Part shown: positions 30,377 to 40,499 of the stretch, one piece after another
Position numbering within the stretch: the first letter of the stretch is position 1
Layout of the letters: the number at the start of each line of letters is the position of its first letter
UHGV virus genome: UHGV-1332848
Source: a virus
Length of the DNA: 64,000 bases
Reading direction: 5' to 3' (one strand)
The notes under the pieces: generated by a model
Databases searched by the model: none
What the model was told of the DNA's origin: nothing
What the model saw: only the letters and a program-made list of their open reading frames with translations
Position numbers and translations under genes: made by a program

Positions 30377-31222
30377 TTAACTAGCTAAATTTACACCATC
30401 TTTATAATGCTTAATCACATCAGAAATATCAATATTCTCTTCATTGCACATAGAAATAATAGTAGCTATTGCATTTGGAATTTCACTATCATCCAACATA
30501 TCAAGTGTTTTTGGTTTAGTTCGCTTTCCAGTTTTATTTAAATAATTCGTAATTCTACTGTTTATATTTATTGAATGGCTATATAATAAATTCTTTTTAT
30601 ATTCAGTCCAAGCACTACCAAAATCACCTTTAGCATATCTTCTAACTAATGCATTTATTAGGTTTCTATTAGCCCAACTAAACACTTCTCCACTCAATAA
30701 TCTTTTTTCAATCGATATAGTTTCATTTTCTAAAAGCAACTTTTCTTTTTCTTCTTCGGCTTCAACAAGCATCAATAGAGCCTCTTTAAAATTGGTCGGA
30801 AGTTTATATTGCTGTTGTTGGATTATTTCTCTCATCCTGAAATATTCTTCTATTATAGAATCCATAACTTCCCACTTCTTATCGTTTGAATTATCCATCA
30901 TTGCAACCAGCTTAGTATATCCTCTTTCAGATAGTAAAAATATATTTTTTGTTCTATTGTTAGTAATTAATCCATTTTCTTTAGCAAAATCTCTTAAACC
31001 TTCTGAAGGTTTTAGAAAATCCTTCAAATCATTATTATTAAATCTGTTGATATTATTGTTTATTAATGTATTTATTTTATCTAGCCTTAAATCATGTTGT
31101 AGTGCAATATCACTAGCTAAAATACATTTTTGATTTTCACCAAAACCACCTTCGACAACTTTTACACTTTTGCCATTAATTTCTTTTGTACCATTAATTT
31201 TGATTAACTCCATATATCTCAT
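30377..31222 (-). CDS. phage regulatory protein, Rha/antirepressor-like
   Basis: N-terminal KINGTKEINGKSVKVVEGGFG..ILASDIALQHDLRLDKINTLI resembles the Rha/ORF6 N-terminal module. Its own promoter region carries the recurrent motif. Confidence 0.4.
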   Translation of the reverse strand: MRYMELIKINGTKEINGKSVKVVEGGFGENQKCILASDIALQHDLRLDKINTLINNNINRFNNNDLKDFLKPSEGLRDFAKENGLITNNRTKNIFLLSERGYTKLVAMMDNSNDKKWEVMDSIIEEYFRMREIIQQQQYKLPTNFKEALLMLVEAEEEKEKLLLENETISIEKRLLSGEVFSWANRNLINALVRRYAKGDFGSAWTEYKKNLLYSHSININSRITNYLNKTGKRTKPKTLDMLDDSEIPNAIATIISMCNEENIDISDVIKHYKDGVNLAS

Positions 31223-32218
31223 TACCCTTTTGACCGTTCATATATTAACTCTTACAACTTAATAAGAAAAGGGCATGCCGTGGTCAATGTAAATTGCCTC
31301 ATCACAACTTACCCGTACAACCAAGTAACATCACTCGGATATTTTAATTAATTATTATTGTTGTCTGTAGCCATTTAATGCACTATAGAGTTGATTTTGA
31401 TAAAGGAGCTATTCTAACTCCTATCTACAGAATGTAGCTATCTATATTCAATTGTTCATACAAAGATACAATCAAATATATCCTTGGATTAACAATTGAT
31501 AAAATAGGTGATTTAATTAATTATTATACTATATGTGCTACTTACGATTGTTCTACAATCCTAAATCGCAGTACGTCTACCACTTGCACATATAGTAACC
31601 ACTATCCCACTCGTGAATAATATCTTTGTCTTTTTAAATGGAGCTATACTCCGTTGTTTTACGCTGTCCCCTTGGACGAAATATATCAATAGTCAAACCT
31701 CATACAAGTGTCTGCTAGCTATTTATTAAAACGATTTTGGTAGGCTTCGCAACCTCTATTAAAACAATTTTGATAGGCTTTGCAACCTCTATTAAACTGA
31801 TTTTATATTCACAAGTCGCTTCAAATCAATCCAGAAGCAATCCGAAATAAAACCCTTCACACTATCAGTAGAGCCCAATAATATTAACGTTAGCACAGCT
31901 AGAATACCTCCAACTTCCATTTATTATTATCTACCCTCACTCGACAACTACGGCGTACCGCCTATTTCCTCTATGTTGTATCAACTACGCCCTCATAAGC
32001 TGAAGAAGTAATTAAACTTGAATTCGCATCAGTAATCCCAATGAGAATTATTTCTCACATTCGGTAAAGAGCGACTTTACCTATCTATTTTTCTTTCCAG
32101 TGGTAATAGAAACCAATTAAATCACTGGCGTAAAGCCTATAATATAAATCAATAGTCAAACCTAATATAAGTGTCTGATATATATTTATTAAAACAATTA
32201 TTTTATGTATTTAATTAA
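31223..32218. other. about 1-kb ORF-free, GC-elevated island with two ~50-bp direct repeats and a 33-bp tandem repeat
   Basis: No ORF of 60 aa or more in any frame. Repeats at 31680-31740 and 32145-32205. Tandem ATTAAAACNATTTTGNTAGGCTTYGCAACCTCT x2 at 31724-31790. Confidence 0.5.
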
Positions 32219-32413
32219 TTATTCTTCACTGGGGAAGTCTTCTACTTTTCCCATTTGTAAAGTAACGCCTTCTATTTCTAAAAATTCATTCAGTTTTTCA
32301 GTTAAATTATATACCTTTTCATTGTCCTTAGTTGTTTCTACTATAATAAAATCTCCATCTTCATTTTTGCTTATACAAGCATTTGCGAATTTTAATGTAG
32401 TTGATTTCTTCAT
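32219..32413 (-). CDS. hypothetical small protein
   Basis: 64-aa ORF immediately downstream of the HU-like gene. Confidence 0.3.
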   Translation of the reverse strand: MKKSTTLKFANACISKNEDGDFIIVETTKDNEKVYNLTEKLNEFLEIEGVTLQMGKVEDFPSEE

Positions 32414-32424
32414 AATTCACACTC

Positions 32425-32700
32425 CTACGCTAAATTTTTCATAAGACTAGTCTTTTTAATTTTAATCTCATCATGTGCTGGAGTTGAATATTCTCTTCCT
32501 AAAGCTACTCCTGTTTTCCCTTCAACGTGTTTCTTTTCTAGCGTAAAGTATTGTCCAATCTTAACTTTTTCATCAACTTCTAAAGCTTCTGCTATTGATT
32601 CAAATGCTAAGTCAATCTTATCTAAAAATTCACCTGCTTCTTTCTTAGTTTCAAAACCAAGTTTTCCCTTTAATAATTCTACTAATTCTTTTTTATCCAT
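32425..32700 (-). CDS. HU/IHF-family histone-like DNA-binding protein (YonN-like)
   Basis: MDKKELVELLKGKLGFETKKEAGEFLDKIDLAFESIAEALEVDEKVKIGQYFTLEKKHVEGKTG...TPAHDEIKIKKTS aligns along its length with HU (MNKTELI..GFGNFEVRER..RNPQTGEEI). Confidence 0.75.
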   Translation of the reverse strand: MDKKELVELLKGKLGFETKKEAGEFLDKIDLAFESIAEALEVDEKVKIGQYFTLEKKHVEGKTGVALGREYSTPAHDEIKIKKTSLMKNLA

Positions 32701-32964
32701 AATTCTTATCTCTCCTTCATTCTCTCTTTATTTTTTAATTAATTATTATATAAAACAGGTTTCTCACGCCTGTATTTAACTTTTTATTCTCATTATCATT
32801 CCCTAATGGACAAGGCTGAATACTCAGCCAAGCCACCAGAGAGATTGTATGAGAGGTGGATATTATTTTCTGATATTCAGAAAATCGGTAGAATTTCCTT
32901 CTCTACCTTATGTAGGAAACTCAACTTTCTCGTTAAGTGGCTATTTTACTAGGTTTCAAATAGA

Positions 32965-35697
32965 TTATAAAATCATTTTTGTGGACTTTTTGTACGTTTT
33001 TTCATATATTTTTAATTTATTATTTAAATTTTCATTATCCTCAGTTAATACTTCAACGTCACCTTTTAACTGTTTGAATAAATTTAAGAATTGATTTTTG
33101 TGTGCTAAGAATAATATATTTAACAAAATAAGTCCTATTCTTTTTAAATTCCCATACTTATCATTATACTCACTCCCCAGCCTATATATAAGTGTTGTAA
33201 AAGTTTCATCTGATATTTTTAACTTAGATATAAAATCAACAATCTTCTCTTTTTTTATTACTGAATACCTGATTTTATCTTCATAACACATGTTACTAGC
33301 CCATACACCATTTATCTCATTATTTAATTTACCAACCTTATTTATTATATTTTGCATCTGTTTCCTATCAGATTTATGATTGTTTCCATCTACTAGTAAA
33401 TCAGTTAAACTAATAGTACTATCTATACTCTCTATTTTAGGCACTTCTTTGTCTATTATTTGTTCTAGGTAATCCATAGGTGTATCTTTTTTAATAAACT
33501 TATAGTTTTTCCCCTCACCTACAAATTTAAAAAAGTAAGGTCTGCACATAGCTTTTCTTTTTCTCTTATCTCTGATGATTTCACCATATGATATATATTC
33601 TCCATCTCTAATTGTTTTAAGCTCTATATCAGAATCAACAACAGATTCTTTTTTTGCTTTATCTATTTCTATACAGCTCATTACATCTAACTGACTTATA
33701 ATTTCATATAATCCTTCTAATGATTTTCCTTTTTTAAACCTATCCCAATATTCACTATTCAATATCTGAGATAAGTTTATGATTTCACCAATAAGATTCT
33801 TACTTGTTTTAATATCTAAATCTATTTTATCTTCAACACTATTAGTCCTATTAACTGTTTTTTTAGGTGTAAAATCTGTAGGCACTAAAAATTTACCATA
33901 TATCTTTTTCGCACTATTAACCAAAATTTCATTATCTGTAATTAATATCTGATCAGAGTCAAAATCAGCCCCTGAGAGTCTTTCTAATAAATTATTACCT
34001 ATGCTGTTTACATGAATTATAAAATTGCTAGTGTTAAAGTATTTATCTAATAATTCATTATATTTGTTTTTACAACACCATACATTACCCATCGTGACAT
34101 GAGGAGACCTTATTCCTATTAAATATATGTTATATCCGAAAGATTTAACACTTACCTCATCTATCCCCAAAGTACTATCACCATAAAACATACCGCAAGA
34201 AGCCTTTAGCATCTCATAACCATTTCCAAATAAAACACTATAATTCCCATTTATTAAAACGTGTCCTTTTCTTATATTGTTCTTGTATGACTGTATTAAA
34301 TTATCTTTGTACTTTCTAAATATCTTTGTATTTGCAAAGTTATCATTAATCATTAGTAATCTATAGACCAGTTCATCGCTATTAGTAAAATCGAACCTTT
34401 CGTCTTCTAAGTCCCATTTCTCAATTTTTTCCAAGCTTATTCCTATATGATTTCTAAGCACTGCCAAATCATCTTTTAATAACTTTATGTAATCTAAGCT
34501 AGGTCTTAACAATTCCCTCATGTCGTCATAGCTTAATGGTAATGTATTTAGTAATTGATAATGTGTTTGAACCATCTCGTGCATATTGGTTGGTGGTTTC
34601 TCATATTTTACCACACCAAACCTTTCATCTGAATTAGTTATCCAATACTCTAAACATTTGTCTCTATCATCACCAAAAGTTTTATAATTTTTGAATTTTA
34701 GATACTTTATGCTACTTGGAGTTGTTATTAGTTTTATATCCTCAACCTTTTTAGCTAAAGTAAAGCCTTTTAACTGATTAATATTATATACTTTGTTATC
34801 TTTAAAAAACTGTTGAATATTAGTATTGAAACAAGCTGATTTAAAAAATCTATTTCTTAACAACAAAAATCCTTTATCTTTATATTTCTCTTCAAAAACA
34901 CTTGCATCTAACAAAGATTGACCATCCCAAATACTATTAGATATTATTGTTTTCTTTTTTGAAGTAATTAATTTTTGTTCTTCCTCACACCATTCTGTAG
35001 CCATTACTATATCCTCAAATTGACTTTTAAAATCTTCAATTACTAATATAGATTTTGGATCTATATGTATGGTGTCTATTATTGATGATGTTGTAAGACT
35101 TATATATGCCTCCATGGAAGCTAAATCCATTTTGTCGTTCTTCCCATACTTTAACCCCATATAAGACCATTCCATCATGTTTTTGTATAAATCTTTTCTT
35201 ATAAATAGGCATTTCCCAACCCTACTTGAGCCACTGCTTCTTTTAAATCTAACATAATGCTTGCCATCTAATTTAAATCCATTTTTATAAAGTTCCTCCC
35301 TAATTTCTTTTGTAGTCATGTCTTTATGTTGATACAATCCAAACGCTATATCACTATCTTCAATCCTTTTACCATTTTCTCTTTTATATGTATAACTAAC
35401 CCTATCGAAATTCTTATTGTTCATATCTTTTTCATCGTTTATGTCTAAATCAATCTTTTTATTTCTATTACCATAGTTAAAAGTAACATTAACAACTGCC
35501 TTAGTATACTGTTTACCCTCTTTTTTATAAAATAATTTATTGTTAATTTCACTTATCTTTATAGCTTCTAGACTATAATCTAAGCTACCTTTAAAAAGAT
35601 TATTTTTATTTTTTGTCTCATAACCTTTTTTATTTTTTTGGGAATTTATAATATCTTTCCCTTCTAAGCTTATTATATAAGTATTAACCTTCTCCAT
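32965..35697 (-). CDS. putative YonO-like single-subunit DNA-dependent RNA polymerase
   Basis: 910 aa. Motif LSGADFDSDQIL (about 33950-33990) matches the universal beta-prime catalytic NADFDGDQ. An HU-like gene lies immediately downstream, as with yonN-yonO in SPbeta. Confidence 0.45.
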   Translation of the reverse strand: MEKVNTYIISLEGKDIINSQKNKKGYETKNKNNLFKGSLDYSLEAIKISEINNKLFYKKEGKQYTKAVVNVTFNYGNRNKKIDLDINDEKDMNNKNFDRVSYTYKRENGKRIEDSDIAFGLYQHKDMTTKEIREELYKNGFKLDGKHYVRFKRSSGSSRVGKCLFIRKDLYKNMMEWSYMGLKYGKNDKMDLASMEAYISLTTSSIIDTIHIDPKSILVIEDFKSQFEDIVMATEWCEEEQKLITSKKKTIISNSIWDGQSLLDASVFEEKYKDKGFLLLRNRFFKSACFNTNIQQFFKDNKVYNINQLKGFTLAKKVEDIKLITTPSSIKYLKFKNYKTFGDDRDKCLEYWITNSDERFGVVKYEKPPTNMHEMVQTHYQLLNTLPLSYDDMRELLRPSLDYIKLLKDDLAVLRNHIGISLEKIEKWDLEDERFDFTNSDELVYRLLMINDNFANTKIFRKYKDNLIQSYKNNIRKGHVLINGNYSVLFGNGYEMLKASCGMFYGDSTLGIDEVSVKSFGYNIYLIGIRSPHVTMGNVWCCKNKYNELLDKYFNTSNFIIHVNSIGNNLLERLSGADFDSDQILITDNEILVNSAKKIYGKFLVPTDFTPKKTVNRTNSVEDKIDLDIKTSKNLIGEIINLSQILNSEYWDRFKKGKSLEGLYEIISQLDVMSCIEIDKAKKESVVDSDIELKTIRDGEYISYGEIIRDKRKRKAMCRPYFFKFVGEGKNYKFIKKDTPMDYLEQIIDKEVPKIESIDSTISLTDLLVDGNNHKSDRKQMQNIINKVGKLNNEINGVWASNMCYEDKIRYSVIKKEKIVDFISKLKISDETFTTLIYRLGSEYNDKYGNLKRIGLILLNILFLAHKNQFLNLFKQLKGDVEVLTEDNENLNNKLKIYEKTYKKSTKMIL

Positions 35698-35735
35698 TAA
35701 TTCACCCCGTCATTTTTAATTAATTATTATATCTA

Positions 35736-35966
35736 TTAAAATACCCTTATTACAAGACAATACCCTTCACTTATTACTTCATAATCTACAAAATAATCAT
35801 AGTTTTCTGTTATGTAATCACACACCATTATAGCTTTTCCTTCTATTTTCTCGACATCTATATATGTATTAAACTTCTCACTAACTAGTTTATCTTCCCT
35901 TATCTCAAAACCTAACTTATAATTTTTATTTAATTCCCCTTTAATTTGTTCTAAATCTTCTCTCAT
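35736..35966 (-). CDS. hypothetical protein
   Basis: 76-aa ORF. Confidence 0.3.
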   Translation of the reverse strand: MREDLEQIKGELNKNYKLGFEIREDKLVSEKFNTYIDVEKIEGKAIMVCDYITENYDYFVDYEVISEGYCLVIRVF

Positions 35967-36057
35967 ATCTCTCTCCTTTTTAATTAATTATTAAAATTCA
36001 AATTTTATCAACTTATTCCGTTATTTATATGTATTTTTTCTGAATTGCGAAATATGG

Positions 36058-36243
36058 TTAAGCCAAATAATATTTACGTTCCTTAAATTTTTCCCACTCT
36101 TTAATGTTATTAAATATTCTTGTATCAATCCCTCTACTTCCCCAACAGATGGTATTAAACGTTACTTTTATCTTATCAATACCATCAATTTTAACACCTT
36201 CAATGCTTATAACATCTTCTATCCAAACCTCTAATAAATTCAT
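36058..36243 (-). CDS. hypothetical protein
   Basis: 61-aa ORF downstream of a motif-associated promoter. Confidence 0.3.
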   Translation of the reverse strand: MNLLEVWIEDVISIEGVKIDGIDKIKVTFNTICWGSRGIDTRIFNNIKEWEKFKERKYYLA

Positions 36244-36496
36244 TTATATTCTCTCCTTCTAATTCGTAATAATTTCAAATAACTATTATAAGACTTTTAA
36301 GCCATTTAAAGCCCCTTATTTTTGATTTCAATTCTTACCCTATAACTTATACCTCTAACCTCCCAACTCTATTCCTAGAGTCAAATTTTGCACTCAAAGT
36401 CTATAATAATAACCTTACATATACTCACCCCCTCAAATATAGCTCTTAACCTTTTTAATTAATTATTTTATGTGTGGAATTTTTATCCACAATCTT

Positions 36497-36544
36497 ATTG
36501 TACATCTTATTCCAAATAATTGCAATAGTTTTTAATTAATTATT
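36497..36544 (-). promoter_or_regulatory. sigma-A-like promoter TTGCAA-17-TACAAT preceded by the AATAATTAATTAAAA motif
   Basis: Read on the minus strand: motif, then TTGCAA (36525-36520), 17-nt spacer, TACAAT (36502-36497). A second motif copy lies at 36454-36470. Confidence 0.45.
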
Positions 36545-37306
36545 TTATAAAGATTTACTAATCAGTTTCCAACCTTGATTTTCCCAATAAAATAAGGATT
36601 GCTTTAATCCATATTTCAATTCATCTTCATTAATAGCATATACATTTGGTGCTTCCATTATAATTTTATCTCTTTTTATTTTACCTATATTGCCATAGTG
36701 TATTAAACCTAACTCCTTTAAGAACTTCAAATATGTATTAAGTGTCTGTTTAGATATACTTAAATCCTTAGATATATTATCTTGTTTCTCCCAAAACACT
36801 TCAGCCATACCACCAGTTATACTAATATTACTTATTCCATCATTTCTTTTTATGATTCTAGCCAATATGTAAAAATATATATTAATTAAAGTCATTTTGT
36901 TTAGTTTAGTTTCACTATCAATTATTTTTAAATAATTATTCATATCTAAAGAAAACCAATTAATTTTATGTCCTTTTTCGTTAAGATCATATGGTAGTAT
37001 TACTCTTCCTTTTAACAATTTTGTCAGATTAATCTTGTCAATGTTAGTATTCAAATTTAATAACTCGTAATCAATCAACTTTCTTATGATATTTTTAAAC
37101 TTTTCATTTGTCCTATTTGCTCCAGTCCTTAAACTACACCCTGATGTTATTATTAAATCTTCTAATGAGAAATAACACTTTTCTAATTTATTTGTTGTAC
37201 ACATTAAATAGCTAATAACATATGGTAATTTGTAGTCAAACTCCTTTAATAAATTTTTATCTAGTATTATCTTCTTTGGTATCATTATAAATCCATCCAT
37301 CAACAC
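36545..37306 (-). CDS. hypothetical protein with winged-helix-like C-terminal region (possible replication/regulatory protein)
   Basis: 253 aa. SKQTLNTYLKFLKELGLIHY is wHTH-like. Confidence 0.25.
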   Translation of the reverse strand: MLMDGFIMIPKKIILDKNLLKEFDYKLPYVISYLMCTTNKLEKCYFSLEDLIITSGCSLRTGANRTNEKFKNIIRKLIDYELLNLNTNIDKINLTKLLKGRVILPYDLNEKGHKINWFSLDMNNYLKIIDSETKLNKMTLINIYFYILARIIKRNDGISNISITGGMAEVFWEKQDNISKDLSISKQTLNTYLKFLKELGLIHYGNIGKIKRDKIIMEAPNVYAINEDELKYGLKQSLFYWENQGWKLISKSL

Positions 37307-37327
37307 ACCTCCTTTTTCTCTTGGAAT

Positions 37328-37404
37328 CTAATTTTGGTATTGTTAGCAGTACATATTTAAAGTAATTTGTAGAATATTTGGTATCCCTAGGAGTACCAAA
37401 ATTA
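37328..37404. repeat. long imperfect palindrome
   Basis: CTAATTTTGGTA (37328-37339) and TACCAAAATTAG (37393-37404) flank the near-palindrome GGTATCCCTAGGAGTACC. Confidence 0.4.
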
Positions 37405-37974
37405 GACTACTAATAATAAAGACTATAACTAAAATAATAAAAACTAAATATTCTACTTGCACCATTAACGATGGCACAAGTAAGTTTTCGCTTTAGCTCC
37501 TTCTCACCCCTTCTTATTTTATTTTAATTAATTATTTTACTATTGTCAATATTTTCTTTTTCTGGTACGGTATATAAAAATAGCAGGAATATTTATCTAC
37601 TCCTGCTAATATAAATATATCAATCCACTATTTTTATTGCATAGCTTTATTTTTCATTTAAAGCCATTCTAAGACGTTTTAATTTTAGACTATAACTTAT
37701 TCGACTTTGTATTTAAAATCATTCCTAAAGCCTTGTAGTGAGTTTTAAGGCTATGTGTGTTTATAAATTATATTATTTTTGTTTTTACTATGCTATGCAA
37801 CTTATTATTCTATGTCCAAATATCTATTTTATACATAAGGCTTTTAATCACATTTAAAGGCTCTATTTTAGTTTTTATTTCTTGATGATAAATTGTGCCT
37901 ATTGAGTGCTAGAAACGATTCTAGGTGACATTTTATGAGTTTTATCCCTATTAAAACCATATTAATATTTTATA

Positions 37975-38237
37975 GTGGTATTGAGTTCTAATCTAGTAAT
38001 CAAATAGTTTGCTAAACTTTATATTTGTAGTACTGAATTATAAAACTATACTCTATACTGAAAATATAAGCTACTTAATCACCATAATTATATCAAGTAA
38101 CCGTGGTATTGAATGATAACTTTATAGTTTTTTGGTGATTAATTAGCTTATCTTTAATAGAAAATAATACGTTTTGTGATTCTTTTTTTATATTCTTGTA
38201 TACCATTTGCTCACTTTTCGAGAATGTGGTATTCAAT
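37975..38237. repeat. three dispersed GTGGTATTGA iteron copies downstream of rep
   Basis: Copies at 37975-37987, 38103-38119 (identical to upstream iteron 2 including the flank) and 38226-38237. Confidence 0.5.
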
Positions 38238-38238
38238 T

Positions 38239-39438
38239 CTAAATAATAACCTCAAATTCAGATACGTCGTATTTACCATATGGTAAACCTGCAAAAGTAT
38301 AAGTTTTTATATTTTCAACAGCCCCTATACTATCTTTGTAGTCCACATATCTTAATAATGCTGAAATATATGACATTGTATCTAATCTGCAATATTTAGT
38401 TATGTCCTCATAATCTATACCAATCTCTCTTAATCTAGCCACAATTTCCTCGTCTGTTGTATATTTGTTAAGTCCTTTGAGTTTAAGTCTAACTGTGGTA
38501 TTGAATACTAAATTTATGCCATCGTTAGAATCTATATTATATGCTTCAAAGAATTTAACTGTCTTTAATTCTTCTAAAGCTTCTTTCAACCTTCTTATCC
38601 AATAGTAAGAATCTTGTTTAGTTTGTATTTGTATTCCCAAATAATCATATAATGTTTGTAATTTTATATATTTTTCATTACCATGTGACCACTGCGTTAA
38701 TATTAATAGCATTTTTTTAGCTATATTATTTTTCAATAACTTATATTTTTTATAATCATATAGCTTAAAGTAATTGCTAACTAAATTACTAAAAAAGAAC
38801 TCATCTATTTGGACACTTTGAAAATCCCTAATATCTTCATGATGTAGAAGTTCTCTACCTTCTAGTTTTCTAGTTTCAACTGAATAACTTTTGTACTTCG
38901 ATATTATCCTACTACTCTCTTCTCCGTTGAAACTACTTACATAAGCACCTTCTTTTTGATTTCTGATTGCCTGTTTGCTATATATAGTTGTTTCAACCAA
39001 ACATTTTATTGACTTTTCAAGTCTTTCTTTTGTTGCCTTTCCAAAACCCTTCAAACCCATCTCTTTTGCAAGTTCTCTATAGGTAAAATTAATAACATTA
39101 CTCATATTTTCAACTTTATTATCACTCGATACCACAATTTTATTATCCATATTTTTTGACTGTATTTTAAATAGAGCCATTAGTACATCCATTTCATATA
39201 TAGTTGGGCATCCTAAGTCAGCAGATCCTTTTACTGTTAGTTCAACTTCTACGCCATTTCTAATCCAACGCCTAACCAGCATCTTTTCTTTTTTTCTTTT
39301 AAGAGATATAAAAGGCAATGTCATTAAGTTGGATTCATTAAACGACTGATGAGGTTTTATAGTTATAACTTTTCCACAATCTGAATCATTGATATTATTA
39401 GCTTCAGCTATGTTTTCCACATTATCCACACCTTTCAA
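38239..39438 (-). CDS. plasmid-type replication initiator (Rep), TTG start
   Basis: 399-aa protein flanked on both sides by iterons. Classic iteron-Rep architecture. TTG start at 39438. Confidence 0.5.
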   Translation of the reverse strand: MKGVDNVENIAEANNINDSDCGKVITIKPHQSFNESNLMTLPFISLKRKKEKMLVRRWIRNGVEVELTVKGSADLGCPTIYEMDVLMALFKIQSKNMDNKIVVSSDNKVENMSNVINFTYRELAKEMGLKGFGKATKERLEKSIKCLVETTIYSKQAIRNQKEGAYVSSFNGEESSRIISKYKSYSVETRKLEGRELLHHEDIRDFQSVQIDEFFFSNLVSNYFKLYDYKKYKLLKNNIAKKMLLILTQWSHGNEKYIKLQTLYDYLGIQIQTKQDSYYWIRRLKEALEELKTVKFFEAYNIDSNDGINLVFNTTVRLKLKGLNKYTTDEEIVARLREIGIDYEDITKYCRLDTMSYISALLRYVDYKDSIGAVENIKTYTFAGLPYGKYDVSEFEVII

Positions 39439-39457
39439 TTAGACTTTAAATATCACC

Positions 39458-39558
39458 GTGGTATTGAGTGTTAATCATCGTGGTATTGAATGATAATGAC
39501 TGTGGTATTGAATGTTATCCACAGTGGTATTGAATACAAACAATTGTGGTATTGAGTG
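39458..39558. repeat. origin iteron array: 5 x GTGGTATTGARTG at exact 22-bp spacing, with embedded DnaA box
   Basis: Copies start at 39458, 39480, 39502, 39524 and 39546. Perfect DnaA box TTATCCACA at 39515-39523 and another at 39422-39430. Confidence 0.7.
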
Positions 39559-39742
39559 TTAAAAAAATTATGTTAAGCCTTATTATGACTTAATTTGACG
39601 ATTTGTGTTACTACGTATATAGTTTCTATAGTTATATATTACATATGTATATAATTACAGGTAAGAGATACTATATATAAAACACTCAACACCATTTCTA
39701 TTCAATTTATATTTAATTATAGCATATTTTTACAAATTATGT

Positions 39743-40477
39743 TTAAATGTTCAATAATTTTCTAAACCAATTCTTTTTATTTTTTAAAGACTCTATTTCT
39801 TCTTTGGTTACATAACTAGTTTTAAAAGTTTCTTTGATTTCATTTAGTGAAGACTTGAAGTCATTTTGACTTTCCTCTAAGTTATTGCTAAAATTATCTA
39901 ATAATTCCAAATCCCTATTTTTCTGATTAGTCTCAATATCATCCAAAAGTTTCTTTGTAGAAGATTCATGTCTTTCTAATTTAGAATCGAGGGATTCATT
40001 AAACTCATCTAATGCGTAATTTAGTTTTTGATTTTGGGCTTCAGCGTAAATTTCCATAAAGGTTTTTAAGCTATCTACTATTTGATTCCTCATAATTTCT
40101 AATTTTTCATCTTGTTTTTGAGTTATTTGAATAGCTAATGCTTCGAATCCCAATGGATCATTAGGATTAATTAAACCACTATTGTATTCACCAAAACTAA
40201 AACCACGTTTAGATATTATCTCCCTTATTTGTGTATAAGAATATTTCTTATCAACCAACTCCTTGATGAATTTCAAATTATCTATATCTTTTTTTGTATA
40301 TTTCCTTCTTCCGTTTTCTCTCTTCAACTCTAATAAATCACCAAATGACTCATCTTTAGCCCAATTTCTAATTGTAGTTACTGGTTCATTTAGTATCTCC
40401 GCTACTTGTACTGCTGTATAATAAATGTCATCTTTTAATTCGGTATATGAAACATCGGTAAAATTTAAATTTTCCAT
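39743..40477 (-). CDS. MerR-type HTH protein with long coiled-coil C-terminus (TubY-like partition modulator candidate)
   Basis: N-terminal YYTAVQVAEILNEPVTTIRNWAK is a MerR-type HTH. The rest is coiled coil. It is divergent from the tubR-tubZ operon across the AT-rich centromere-like region. Confidence 0.45.
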   Translation of the reverse strand: MENLNFTDVSYTELKDDIYYTAVQVAEILNEPVTTIRNWAKDESFGDLLELKRENGRRKYTKKDIDNLKFIKELVDKKYSYTQIREIISKRGFSFGEYNSGLINPNDPLGFEALAIQITQKQDEKLEIMRNQIVDSLKTFMEIYAEAQNQKLNYALDEFNESLDSKLERHESSTKKLLDDIETNQKNRDLELLDNFSNNLEESQNDFKSSLNEIKETFKTSYVTKEEIESLKNKKNWFRKLLNI

Positions 40478-40499
40478 AAGAATTTCCTCCTAATCAAAA

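Noticed and set aside
31800-31840. TTCAAATC T-loop-like string suggesting a tRNA
   Set aside because: No complementary T-stem, acceptor stem or anticodon arm could be built around it on either strand. No other tRNA-like cloverleaf was found by eye in the non-coding regions.
39458-39558. Considered whether the 22-bp periodic repeats were a CRISPR array
   Set aside because: The repeat units are 13 bp with only about 9-bp spacers, there is no cas gene, and they flank a Rep gene with DnaA boxes. Iterons fit far better.
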